From the human T2T-CHM13v2.0 reference genome, Homo sapiens: a DNA stretch of 64,000 nucleotides. The notes beneath the pieces are model-generated. The model did not search any database. It saw only the letters and a program-made list of their open reading frames with translations, and was not told the origin of the DNA. The position numbers were made by a program, and so were the translations under genes. The stretch's first letter is position 1. Each line of letters opens with the position of its first letter. The stretch lies in assembly GCF_009914755.1 (NCBI RefSeq), contig NC_060944.1. The stretch is one strand, 5' to 3'. Below, one piece after another: positions 1 through 12,749 of this stretch.

Positions 1-405
1 GTGGCATGTGTAGTCAGATGCACATCAGATGTGCTCATCTTGACTGGGTTCTTACACAAGTCCGGAGCCTTAGGTGGAACAGCTGAGCTGACTTGTCTCT
101 GCCCCTGTAGGCTAGTGCAAGCATGCTCACATGGCAGCTAAACAGGATTCCAAGAGAGGAAGCTGAGGTATGCAAGTCCTCTTGGGCTGTAGGTTAGAAC
201 TGGCACCGCATCACAATTCTGCCCCTTTCTTTTGCCCACAGCATGTCACAGGCTAGCCCAGATTCAAAAGATAGAAAAATAGATTCCTCCTCTTGATAGA
301 AAGAACTGCAAAATTACATTGCAAAGAATGAGAATATAGGGAGGTGTGGAGAATTGAGGCTATTTGGGTTTTTTTTTTTTTTTTTTTTTTTGGCCATCCA
401 TCTAC
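1..405 (-). mobile_element. MaLR LTR (MLT1F/G/H-like), cut by window start
   Basis: Reverse complement matches MLT1 LTR 5' part (gtcacaggctagcccagattcaa...gattcctcctcttgat...ctgcaaaattacattgcaaag). Confidence 0.7.
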
Positions 406-1329
406 CTGGTTATATAATCGGTCAATTGTAGAGCCAACATTCAGGGGATCCCTTGACTGCACAGCCAGCACCCCGACCACTTTGCCATACTGCCTTCATA
501 ACGATGGTTTATCTTCTTTCTGTAACTGGGCCTTGGTTTTACTATTTGAATAAACTCTCTACTTTAGTTAACCTGCTGCTATTCCAATTTTTCCAGGTCT
601 TTAGATCTGCCTGCTTTTGACCTTTGCCCCAATGCCATTCTGCATTAGAGCGCTGCTGGACTCTGCTAAAAGACCTACCCAAAGATGACGGTCTTCCTGC
701 CAAGGGCTATGCCCTGTGATTGGCCCAGACAACCTACTTTGCCATGTGTCACCAAATTCCTTGCATATACTGCTCTGTCACCTCCCAGCACCTCCACAAT
801 TTGGCCTAGCACTTCAATGCACTTGTTCACTTATCCATGGATTCGACCCTGTCTACCACTGAGCAGCTCCTATAGTCTTTCACTTCGAAAAGTGATCCAT
901 TGTAACAATCTTCTAAATGACTAGTGCCACCCCCTGTTTAAAACAGGATTGTATTTCCTAAAACTCAATATGCAAAGTTTCTGAAACATAGCTACTGCAT
1001 TGAGTAAGACCCACTGTTAACTGCGAATTCAACTCGAAATTTTTCTCTCCTCTTTGGAGTCAGGCATTGTAGCCAGCCATAGCTCCCTATCCCTGACCTT
1101 ACCCTAGTTGCTCCTTTTATACCTTTTATACCACACCAGGACTGCCTCTACATTCTTCCCTGAACCCTGCTGTGGCTAAGAATCACGCGGCTGTAACCAC
1201 TGGACAAGGGATCTCATTATCCTCAAGATAGTGTATTAAAACCAGATATTTATCTGTAGTTGGTGTATTTGCTTTTTTGCAGACACTGTTAGTTTTGGAA
1301 ACTTTAAAAAGTAAATTGTTAGACACATT

Positions 1330-1445
1330 GAGACAGAGCAGAGCCATGGTAGGTCAACAACTTCACTGAGTATGTCACCTTTGACAAATTGTTTCTCTGT
1401 TCAGCACTTCAGTTTTCTCATCTACACACGGAAATTATTAGATTA
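1330..1445 (+). mobile_element. MIR fragment
   Basis: Degenerate MIR core (tgtcacctttgacaaattg...cttcagttttctcatct). Confidence 0.5.
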
Positions 1446-1483
1446 GATGATTGCTCAAGTCTCACCAAGTTTTAACATTTTCT

Positions 1484-1662
1484 TTCTTTTTCCCTCCCTT
1501 CCTCCCTTTCTCTCCCTCTCCCTCTCTTTCTTTCTCTCTCTCTCTTTCTCCCCTTCTTTCTTTCTCTCTCTCTCTTTTTCTTTCTTTCTCTCTCTCCCTT
1601 TCTTTCTCTCTCTCCCTCTCTTTCTCTCTTTCTCTTTCTCTCTTTCTCTCTTTCTTTCTTTT

Positions 1663-1738
<76 letters not shown>

Positions 1739-1758
1739 TCACTTCTTTCTTTCTTTCT
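1484..1758. repeat. Compound (CT)n/(CTTT)n microsatellite grown from Alu tail
   Basis: Near-pure pyrimidine tract of about 275 bp inside the TSD pair of the adjacent Alu. Confidence 0.95.
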
Positions 1759-2038
1759 GTCACCCAGGCAACTCCAGTGCACACCACTGGAGTATAGCCA
1801 TATGAACTCACTGCAACCTCTGCCTCCCAGGTTCAAGCCTTCCTCCCACCTCAGCCTACCCAGTAACAGGGACTATAGGCATGAACCACCACACCCAGCT
1901 AATTTTTGTTTGTTTGTTTGGTAGAGACAGGGTTTCACCCTGCTGCCCAGGCTGGTCTTGAACTCCTGGGCTCAAGTGATCCACCTGCTTCAGCTTCCCA
2001 AAGTGCTGGGATTGCAGGAGTGAGCCACGATGCCCAGC
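1759..2038 (-). mobile_element. Alu (AluJ-like)
   Basis: Antisense Alu dimer; 16-bp TSD agttttaacattttct at 1468-1483 and 2039-2054. Confidence 0.93.
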
Positions 2039-2805
2039 AGTTTTAACATTTTCTGATTTGAAATATTTGTTCAGCACCTACTATATACATGGAAGGATCA
2101 GAGTCAGCAGCAGAGGAGCTACTTGAGTACAACACAGGACATCAGGTCACCCTAGCAGGAATGTTCATAAAGCCATTAGCCTGCAGCATGTCTGAGGCCA
2201 TACTATGCACCCTTGCTCATATCCTGATTAATCATCCACATCCTGTGATAATGCCCCACAACATCTGCAGTATTGCAGGTAATATTTCTGAATTCTTCCC
2301 ATTGCAGATTCCAGTTGCAAATAACAGAATCCTCTCTGTCTCAGCATTTTTAAGCCAGGGTATGTCTACCACTCTTCCCAAGACATGAATAGTTTTAAGG
2401 GAATCAATTGGTATAATCTCATTTTCCATATGTACTTTCATAAAACTGTTCTACTTGGAGTTGGGGTGTTTTGTTGGTTTTCTATTTCTACCTTCTCATT
2501 GAAAACTGTTAATTACTTTTCAAAAGAAAATCATAACATTTTATTAATTTTATTTGAGCATAAAAATACATAACATTAATTAATTAATTAAATGTTATAC
2601 ACCAATCCTATGGTGCATTGATCTAGGATTTAGAAATTTCCAGGGTATCAATCAAAGTACACTTTCCAATATTTGTGTCAAGGAATCTCCTTGATCCAAG
2701 GAATATCAAGGCTGGTACTTCTTATATTGCATGTACATCTATTAAGGAATGACTATGGCATTAGAAACAGGCTTTTGGCCTGTGTTGAGGTGCCCTCTTA
2801 CATCG

Positions 2806-2982
2806 TAGACTGGGGAGAAATGTTATAATGACCTCACCACCTGTAACTCTTCACTCTTGGTAAAGAATGTATCAATCCTTATGGAAAGTGCATATATTAT
2901 AGACTAGGGAGAAGTGTTATAATGATCTCACCACGTGTATTTCCTGACTCTTGGTAAAGGATGTATCAATTTTTATGGAAAG
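2806..2982. repeat. Diverged two-copy tandem duplication, period 94 bp
   Basis: tagactggggagaaatgttataatg... at 2806 recurs as tagactagggagaagtgttataatg... at 2900. Confidence 0.9.
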
Positions 2983-3129
2983 CAACCTAAGGACAAAACA
3001 AAAAGCCTATACATAAGAGCTGGGGAAGCTGGAGGCATCTGATTTCACCCAGGTGGCAAGCTCTCAGCGAGGATGCATGCTTTATCCTATCTGCCCTTCT
3101 ATCTTGGACATAGAATTCAGAAGTTAAAT

Positions 3130-4445
3130 GGCTGTCGTAGGAATGCATAATAACATGCTTATTTGAATTGAAAAATGGAGTCAGAGTATTTCTGACAGAA
3201 ATTAGGTCTGACTTGGCTCATTAATTTGACCGTGAACACTGGCTTTGTCAATTAGGATATATGGCAGGCATTTTTCATAAATTGAATGAGCTTAATCTGC
3301 AGCTCTAAGATTTTGAATAAAAACGTTATGTAAATTACATCATAAAAGTATTTTACCACAAAAAATGCATTGGTAAAAGTGTATTGAAATTAAGAATATT
3401 TTTTATTCCTCCAAACCCTTCTGAATTATGAGGTTAAATACAGTTTCTTTAAGTGAAAGAGAAACAGCTATAATTAATAGTCATTTGTAAGTCTGGAAAT
3501 GATTGCCCAGCAATTGAGAAAGTGGATGAATCTGATGACTCGGCAACAATTTTCTTTTTTACCCCCCTTTACAGATTAGGAGATTCTTACTTTTTTGTTT
3601 AAAAAACTGAAGGAAAACCAGTAGAATTTTTCAATAGTCATTAAAATAATTTTAAGAGCCATTTTATTTTAGGAAGGCATTCAGAGAATTGAATGACACT
3701 GCTATGACAAAATTCCTTTCATTCCCATCTACTTATTTATGTAAATAAAGTTTTTTAGTGGTTACATATATAAAAATTAAAAATGAAATAGAATTGATGA
3801 TGAAACTCTCTCATTCTAGTAGCAGTAACATTCATTCATGTGAACATAACCTAAATGGAAAAAACTAGCTTCATTCATCTCATTGAGAGAAATGTTTCCA
3901 ATAGCATCAATTTTTATGTTTAATAATTACTTATTTAATGTGTAACGTATTTATACTCTTTTGATTAATTATATATACTAATAATTGTAATAATAACAAT
4001 ATATAGGTAAATTCTAGAACTTGAGGATTTTTATGATCACAGAAAATATCAAACAATTAAAATTTCATTTTATAAACTTTTTTTGGCAATGAAATATATT
4101 AGGGCTAACAATACAAATATTTGAGCATAAAATACATACTTATGAGGACATAATTTATGGTAGATATGAAATGGAAATATAAATTCAAGGAGGAAATATA
4201 AACATTATACCATTTCTAACTGTTAAGGAGGACTTTGTGTACTTTTAAAAGTGAACAATTAAGGATAATAAATCACCATGGTAGCTAGATTCCATTGGAT
4301 ACATTTAAAAGAATGATGGGGCTATTATATTTTGAAATCTCAATGCAACATTTACAATATGCTAGAAATTACATCCTTTTTATTTTATTTATTCTATTAA
4401 AATTTATAATAAAAAATGTAGTTGTCCACTTAAAAATATGCAACT
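3130..4445 (+). mobile_element. hAT/Charlie DNA transposon relic (Charlie2-like), degenerate transposase C-terminus
   Basis: Decayed coding motifs WLCQLGYMA.IF.KLNELNLQL (~3240-3305) and PFPSTYLC-like dimerisation-domain motif (~3715-3745), with stops/frameshifts; AT-rich 3' arm. Confidence 0.75.
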
Positions 4446-4599
4446 GGGTCCATGTTCTCTTCAAATCCAACCAGGTCAGATTGCCAAATCCAGATTCTCA
4501 TTGCCTTGGAAATCTGTTGTCTGCAGCCATTTCTGGTGCCCAAACCAGAACTGATCCGGGTTTGGGTGCATGCAAGAGATCCACATTAGGTAGTGTCAC

Positions 4600-5030
4600 C
4601 AGCAAGGGACTTGAAGCAGGGGATTTGGTGCTCCCAAAATTGTTTGAAAGGTCAAGAGAAAATACTCTAGACTGAGCATCCAGTTGTTTCTGCAGAGCCA
4701 CTTTATCCTGTTGCAGCAACTGATAGATCAGAAAACTCCTAACACTGTCACTTATTGAATGAGCATCTAACCTGACATGACCAGGAAAGCTATACTACTG
4801 CTCTAAAATTATGCCACTTCTACCACAATCCCCACCAGCAAAAGAGACTCCCCACACCCTTCCTTTTCTTTCCATGTCTCTGGGTTGCACAAATTCACCT
4901 AATTGGTGGAGCCTAAACATAGCTGGAACTCTAACTCTAAGGTGGTGCAGAAATTATTGTTTCTAGCTTTTCAGCATTTATGTAATGGGAGGGGTTGTAA
5001 TGGAGGCAAGTGAACCACCATACTATCTTC
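4600..5030 (-). mobile_element. Old MaLR LTR (MLT1M/N/O-like)
   Basis: aattggtggagcctaa...gaactctaactctaagg...gtttctagcttttcagc resembles old MLT1 ends. Confidence 0.4.
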
Positions 5031-5797
5031 CATAAGTAAGGACTTTCTTATGCATAGAAGAAAAGGGGACTCCTGATATGTTATTCAGGGGATTCCAGAT
5101 GGGATCAGGGAATTCCCAAATCTGTCTGCTGCTTGTCACACTGCCTGTCAGCCCATAATGGAGCACTATTATTGATGCTTTCCATAAGCCCCTTATTAAC
5201 ATGTAAACATTCCTATAAGATTGAACAGATAAAGGTCTAATCCATTATTAACACCTACACAAATGTCAGTTACCAGTTGATTGAGAGAGAGGTATGTGGT
5301 GGGGAGTGGGGAAGAACCCTAGAAGATGGTAGGATGTCTAAGTAGGAGGCAAAAGACTATCAAAGGCAAATTGCTCACCTACACAAATGAGCTCCTGGAC
5401 ATTTCTGACTTCTTTTCGAACAGAAAGGCCAGTTGTGCTGTGACAAGGATGTACATAACAGAGAGGCAAGATAGCAAGCACAACGAAAGTTTCTCCTGTC
5501 TCCCAGCAAGCCCTGGCTCTCCAGCTCTCTCCCAGCAAACAAATGCAAGGCAGAATTCAGAATACAAATGTCTTCTGATGTATCCTTCTCCAAGGGCAGG
5601 AGGACTGTAGAGATTCACATATCGATTGGGAGCATAATAATGCAATAAAAAATTCAAAGACAAGCCAATTTCTCAGTGTTTGCAAGGACTGGCAAGTCCA
5701 GCAAGGTTATTGATGAAGAAATTAAGCAGAATGCAACGCAGCCTGCTCCAGCCTCAACTCTCTCATAAAAAAATCTACACCAGAAGCATTTCTCACA

Positions 5798-5805
5798 TGA
5801 CGTCA
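5798..5805. promoter_or_regulatory. Full palindromic CRE (TGACGTCA)
   Basis: Exact motif in unique sequence; function untested. Confidence 0.35.
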
Positions 5806-5884
5806 GCATGCTCCAGTAAAGGTGTACACTCCTGGTGGTTTTTGCTAGACGGATACTGATTGCATTCCAAGGGATGCTGTGGTG

Positions 5885-6030
5885 ACAAGGAACACGAAAT
5901 CTAGGTTCTGGTCTAAAATCTGACACTACATTGCTGTGTTACCTAAAACAAGTCACTTGACAACTCTGGGTTTCCGTTTCTTCATTGGTAAGGCAGAAAT
6001 AATAATATTAATCTTGCTTGCCTCCTAAAG
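5885..6030 (+). mobile_element. MIR
   Basis: gctgtgttacctaaaacaagtcacttgacaactctgggtttccgtttcttcat MIR core. Confidence 0.75.
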
Positions 6031-7739
6031 AAAATGGCCTTAACTCGAGGTCCAAGGATAAGTTTCAGGCATTGTTGGAGCCCCCTGAAATTATAGACAA
6101 ACTTTTACATTTAGATGGATATACTGAAGATAATTTCCCACATAATTCTAAACTGGATAATCATATGCAGGAGGAAAAGGGGTCCGTGGCTCTTTTAAAA
6201 AAGTTAACAACTAATGGCCAAGAGAATCAATGGAAATAAGTTAATCGGTGAGAACTGCTCCACAAACTCTTGAAGAAAATAAGAATATTTCATTCAAGTT
6301 TACAAATAATAGCCAAGACCCACTTGCCTTATTAGTACAGTATGTACCATCTCCCTTCTGGGTTTTTCTGTCCTATTTGTGTCCCAAATTTGCAGTTTTT
6401 ACTTGCTAAGATTTTTCAGTTCATATATACAACCACCTCTCAGATCACCAAATGATTTTAAGAATCCAGACTGGGTTATCCCACTTTATGGGCCCCTCAC
6501 AGTTCCAAGGATCCACACCACTGGTCAGGCAAGTTTCCTTTTAGACCTTAAAGTCCGTTTTCACTCCCTTTTCTTGGTTATTCTAACTAATCACCTGCAA
6601 CTCTAAGGGAGGCTACTCTTATGACACTAGAGAACTCTAAACTGGTCTTTGGAGGAAGCTTACGCTTGATGTAATTTCTCTTTGCTGTTAGATCTGACAT
6701 AATTACATAATTGAAGCTGCCTCTCCCTTCTAAACCAGACCAATTATGATTTCTTTATTTGCAATAAGATGCAATTTAGGGCATCAAGAAAGGGAATTAT
6801 CCAAGAATCTCATCTTCCCTTTACCCTCAGTTAGACGCAGAGTTCATGCAGTCTCTGGATGCTGCTCATGATTCTTTCGGCCCTGTCTAGGCGTGGATGG
6901 ATTCACTCGGTCACCGAGGTCGCCTTTCTACTCTGGTGATTATAAACAGGAAATGATAGCAGAATTACTCATAAGCTTTAGCCAAAGCTTTGTTGGGCTT
7001 AGGCTGCTGTTCCAGCAAATTCAATGTATGTCTTGACCCTTTGGTAAGACTATTTCTGGGATAAAACTTTTTGGCTCATGGCAAAATTTGCTCAACATTT
7101 ACTCCTTGACCAAGTCAATGTACGCCTCTATCCAGGATAATTGCCATTAAAATAGACATTTCATTTATTTGGAACACAGAGACAAGTCTCTACCTAAATG
7201 AATTTTGGATATATACCTCTCAACAAGAGACCTAGAAAGGTTCTTAAGCAAAGACTATATTATTAAGTATATTGAAATTTATACAGCAGTGTAAACATAC
7301 TGATATCAGTGAGCTTGGTTAGCTTCTAAAGAGCCAAAGCCACAATTAGCCAATAACAGCAGAGAAAATAAATATATGTCAACTTCCAGGAAGTTTAGTA
7401 CTCATGTGAAGATTCTTTCTATGACCCCTCTTTTAATCCCCTTTCTGGTTTGTAGCCTGCTTTAGTGATTTTAAGGTGAGTTCATGTCACACCTCTTATC
7501 AGTTATTTTACGTATATATACAACACACACATACTATATATACATGTAAAATAGATAAAAACTTTATGTGTGTGTATGTTTGTGTGTGATCCTTGGAAAT
7601 AAACTTTTTATCTTTTTAGGTACCCATAGAATATTTATAAAATAACTCTATATTAGAACAGTTGATTCAAATAAGACACAATTAGAGCTGTAATCAAATA
7701 CCATTCTCTGATACTAATGCAATACATCTGGAAATGTAC

Positions 7740-8840
7740 AATAAAATAAAAAATTTAATTTTTTTCATTTAAATAATTCTGAACTAAAAAAGAAAATTTC
7801 AGAACTGACAATTGTGTAGAATATGAAGATATATGATAACATATGAGACATAGCTAAAGCAGTGTTCAGAGGAAACTTTTAGCCTTCAATATATTAATAA
7901 TTGAGATCAAATGAAAATAAATAAAGGTCCCAGTCACAAGTATTGAAAAATATCAAAATAAACCTAAACATTACATATTGAAAGAAAAATTTAATATAAA
8001 ACAGAAACATAAATTTAAAATAGAAAAACAAAAAATAATAAAATTAATAAATTACTTTATTAACTAATTGTTTGAAAAAATGCAAAATTAAATAAACTGT
8101 CAGCTATCTTAGTCCAAAAAAGTGGGGGTAGGCACAAATATGGAAACAAATCACAGTATGAAACGGTCACTGTAAAGAGGCAGCCCAATGCACTATATTT
8201 CCAAGCAGTACCATCTTTGTATCTAGGGGTAACCACATGACTAATTCTAGCCAATGGCACATGAGCAGAAGCGATATGTGTGTGTAAAAGGATTTGCACC
8301 AGCAATTCACAAAAAAGAAGTGCAAATGGTTTTAAAACAATTGAAACAACGCCTAATCTCACTTAATATAAATGTTAATTTAAACTACTACAACAAAATG
8401 TACTACTTTTCACCACCCACATTGTCAGATATCAAAACATTTGACAATTGTAAGAATAATTACTAGTAATTATAGAACATGTACTATGTGCCCGGCACTG
8501 ATGCAAATACTTAACACATCTTTAGTGCTCACAGTAACTCCATGAGGTGAATCTCATTATTACCCCCTTTTACAGATGAAGGAACTAAAGTACAGATAAT
8601 TTAGTAACTTGCCTATGGGCTCATATGATATTGGCAAGTGTGTGGAAAATGGTCATTTTCATGCACTGCAGTGGAAATGCACATTGCAAAAGGCAACTTG
8701 GCTATATCTACTGAAATTACAAATGTGTATATTTTCGACCCAGCAATTCTGTTATGAGGACCATACCTTACAGATCTACTTACTGATTGGGCAATGTTCA
8801 GTGTACAAGACATTAACTGCAATGTTGTTTTTAGAAGAAA
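7740..8840 (+). mobile_element. Old L1M/L1ME fragments interleaved with an MLT1 piece (~8170-8290) and a - strand MIR (~8460-8620)
   Basis: gacatagctaaagcagtgttcagaggaaac (ORF2 DTAKAV.RGKF); gacccagcaattct L1 3' motif; MIR cccccttttacagatgaaggaactaaagtacag. Confidence 0.65.
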
Positions 8841-8969
8841 AGCCTTCAAATAAGAAGATTGAGAAGAGTTGGGATGGCTGCTCAGGGCTGCAGCTGGTAT
8901 AAAGCTGTCTCTGTTCTATGGCTGGAGGACACAGAGGAGAGCACACAGCAACACCTGCACTGCAGTATC

Positions 8970-11478
8970 TCCTGCTAATATCATACTTCATAATGAGAAA
9001 CCACATACTTTCTCCTTAAGATGGAAAACAAAGAAAGGATGTCTTCTCTCATCAGTCCTATTCAGCATGTACTAAAAGTCCTACTTTGTGCAAAAAAAAA
9101 AAAAAAAGTAACAAAATGTATACAGATTGGGAAAGAAGAAATAAAATGGTCTTTGAAAAAAACACCTATAATCAGGAGCTTTTTGTTGATTCCCAAAAAA
9201 CCAACAAAAAAAATTATTGATTACAGCAAAGTCACAGCATACAAAGTTAATATATAAAAATCAATTACCTTCCTGTACACCAGCAATGAACCAATTGAAA
9301 TTTAATATTAAAAATGCAATATCACAATACCACCCTAAAAATGAAATACTTAGGTAAATATGTGTATAATCTATTTGCAGAAAACTATAAAACTCTGATG
9401 AAAGAAATACATGATCTAACTAAATGGAGAGATATTCCATGTTCATGGATTGGAAGATTCAATATAGTTAAGATGTCAATTCTTGATAACACCTGACTTG
9501 ATCTATAGATCCAATACAGTCCCAATCAAAATTCCAGCAACTTATTTGGTATATATTGTCAGACTAATTCTACAGTTTATAGAGAAAGACAAAAGACCCA
9601 GAATAGACACCATGATACTAAAGAAGAACAAAGTTGGAAGACTGACACTACCAGAATTCAAAACTTACTATAAATCCACAGTAATCAAGACAGCGTGGTA
9701 TTGGTTAAAGAACAGACCCATAGATCAATGGAACAAAATAGAGACCCCTAAAATAGATTCACACAAATTTAGTCAACTAATCTTTGAAAAAGGAGCAAAG
9801 GCAATTCAATGGAAAAAGGATAATTTTTTCAACAAATTGTTTTGCAACAATTGAACTTCTAAATGGAAAAAACAAAAAAAGTCTAAGCACTGATTATACC
9901 TTTTACAACAATTAACCCAAAATGAATGATAGAACTAAATATGAAATGTAATACTTTAAAACATCTAGAAGAAAACATAGGACAAAAATCTATGTGGCCT
10001 TGAGTTTGCTAATGAGTTTTTAGACTCACTAAAAGCATAATTCATTGAAAGAAAGAGTTTAAATTAGACTTTATTAAAATTAAAGGCTTTTACTCTAAAA
10101 ACGACACTGTGAAGAGATCAAAGATAAGCCATAGACTGGAAGGACTTATTTTTAAGCCATATACCTAATATGGGATTTGTATCCAAAATACATTAAAAAC
10201 TCTTAAAATTCAACAGTAAGAAAACAATCCCATATTTAAAATGGGCAAAAGATCTGAACAGACATCTCACCAAAAAAGATGGCAAATAAACATATGAAAA
10301 GGTGTTTAATATTATTTGTCATTAGAGAATTGCAAAGTAAACCAACATGAAATGACACTGCGTGCCTATTAGAGTGGCTAAAATAGAAAATATTGACAAT
10401 ATTAAGTGCTAGTAAGGTTGTAGAGCAACATGAACTCTCATTCATTGTTGGTGGAAATACAAAATAGTACCACCCCTTTAGAAGAGAGTTTTGCAGGTTT
10501 TTCTGTAGAGCTAAACATAGTCTTATTATACAATACAACAGTCACACTCCTAGGCATTCATCCAACTGATTTGAAAACTTATGTCCACATAAAAGCCTGT
10601 ATGTGAATGTTTACAGCAGCTTTACTCATAATCACTGAAAACTGAAAGCAACCCAAATGTCCTTCAATAGGTAAATAGATAAACTGTGGTACATCAATAC
10701 AATAGCAATAAACAGGAATAAACAAGCCAAGCAAAACATGTATGGATTAAAAGCACATTGTTAAGCTTATAAAGCCAATTTTAAAAGCCTACATAATATA
10801 TGATTCCATTTATATGACATTCTGGAAAAGGCAAAACTATAGAGATGGTAAACAGGTCTGTGGTTACCAGGGTTCAGATGAGAGGAAGGATTTGAATAGG
10901 TGGAGCTCAGGGAATTATTTTGGGAGTGACTATTATGTATGATGCTGTAATGACAGATAAATAGAACTTGATACAAAGAGTGAACATTAATATACACAAA
11001 TTAAAAGAAAATTACTTAAGAGGTTGGGAGATCCCATGATGAAATGCAGACTATGAGGAAAAAAAGTCTAATTGTATTACAAATGTGTGAAATACCCTTA
11101 TTGAAGGGTGCGTTTGGGCAGGGGGAGATGCTGACCTAAGTAACCTTGGAAATGAGTGGAGACTGTAAGACTAAAGGCAAAAGGGATTCTATATAAGCAT
11201 GGTACTGTAGTCGATAAAGTTGTTTCCCAAGGGGTTATGGGTTCACAATTCTGATACTGGTTGACATGTATACTGGTACTGAACCATTAAGTAATTAGAG
11301 GGTGGATATTGGGAGTCAGATTTCTTCCTGTTAGTGTAGGAGATTGCTGACATATAAAGGAGGAAGAATAGAATGATTCATGTGGTGTTAAAGTTGGCAA
11401 AATGAGCAAAAAGCCACATTAAGTCAAAGGGACACAGGAGCCAACTGAAGGGCTCCCAATGGCTGGAATATTTTTAGC
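8970..11478 (+). mobile_element. L1MC/L1MD-like LINE-1, 3' ORF2 plus 3' UTR (resumes ~12200-12225)
   Basis: ORFs 9314-9854 give L1 ORF2 motifs ([21 protein letters not shown]; YYKSTVIKTAWYW; IDQWNKIE) with frameshifts; L1MC3/L1MD-type 3' UTR. Confidence 0.9.
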
Positions 11479-12199
11479 TTCTTTTTTAAAATTAAACTCT
11501 TTGTTTTGAGAAAACGGTAGGTTCAGATGCAGTTCTAAGAAATAAGGCAGAGTGATCCCATGGGTCCTTTGTCTGTTTCCCCCAGTGTAACATCTTACAA
11601 AACTATAGTACAACAGTACAATCAGCATATTGACATTGACACAGTCAAGATACGGAACATTTTTATCACAAGTGTCTTTCATGTTGCCCTTTTATAGCCA
11701 CGTCTATTTCCCTCCTACTCCCATTCTCTCCTTAATTCCCAGCTACCTACTAATTTGTTCTCCACTTCTATAATTTTGTCATTTCAAGAATGCTGTATAA
11801 ATGGAGTAATATAGTATGTAAACTTCTGAGGTTGGCTTTTTATCGCTCAGCATAACTGTCTGGATATTAATCCAGGTTGCTGGATGTATCAGTTGCCATC
11901 CCTTTTTATCACTGAGTAGTATTACATGGTATGGATGCACTACAGCTTGTTTAATCCTCATCATTGAAGGACATCTGAGTTGTTTTCAGTTTGGAGTTGC
12001 TATAACCATTTATGTACAGGTTTTCATGTAAACCAAAGTCTTCATTTCTCCGGGATAAATGCCCAGAATTGAAATTGCTGGGTTATATGACAGCTGCATG
12101 TTTAGTTTTTAAATAAATTGTCAAGTTATTTCCCACAGCAGCTGTATTATTTTATATTCCCACCAGCAAAATATGAGTCATCCAGTTCTCTGCATCCTC
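11479..12199 (-). mobile_element. L1MC1/L1MC2-like 3' end nested in the preceding L1
   Basis: acatcttacaaaactatagtacaa...atattgacattgacacagtcaagatac L1MC1-type 3' UTR in antisense; host L1 resumes at agctagaacaatttgagcaacaaa. Confidence 0.8.
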
Positions 12200-12749
12200 A
12201 AGCTAGAACAATTTGAGCAACAAATTCACCCCAAACTGTAACCAGAGAGTCCAAGAGCTGATTGTGGTAGTCGATACTGGTGGGCCTCCCAGAGCAAAGA
12301 GCAAGGTGGAAAAGGATAGTAGGTATCCAAGTAGCACACAAAAAATATCCAGCACAGAGAAGTTGTGTCAATCACCTGAAATGTTCATCACAATCCACTG
12401 CATCCCTGGACATCAGACATGGCTTTTAACTTCAAGAAGTTTACAGTTTCAGGTTAGGGATAAGATATATGCGTGAATATAACCATCATCAAGGCAGGAG
12501 GTAATCAGAGTCACAAGAGAACCCCATGAATCAAAAAGTGGCAGATTAGAGGAGGAGACATCATGATGAACATATCAGATGAATCAAACCTTGAAGAATC
12601 ACTAGACTCTGCCTTGCCTATCAGGAAGGGAACACATTCACATACTTATGGTTAGCTTACAAGAATAATTCCCTAAATCTGCTTTGCATGTATGGTTTAT
12701 AAATATTTTCACACTCATATCTTATTTGATCACCATTTTATGTAGATAG

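Noticed and set aside
1447-1924. Long F/L/S- or K/E/R-rich ORFs (also 61286-61924, 37000-37465, 31311-31622)
   Set aside because: Translations of microsatellites and Alu tails, not genes.
2806-2982. CRISPR-like or other prokaryotic array
   Set aside because: Only two long copies without unique spacers, in clearly primate DNA; no such array anywhere in the window.
9021-9854. L1 ORF2-like ORFs (also 48009-48482, 50421-50663)
   Set aside because: Frameshifted fragments of truncated L1 copies; no intact or active L1.
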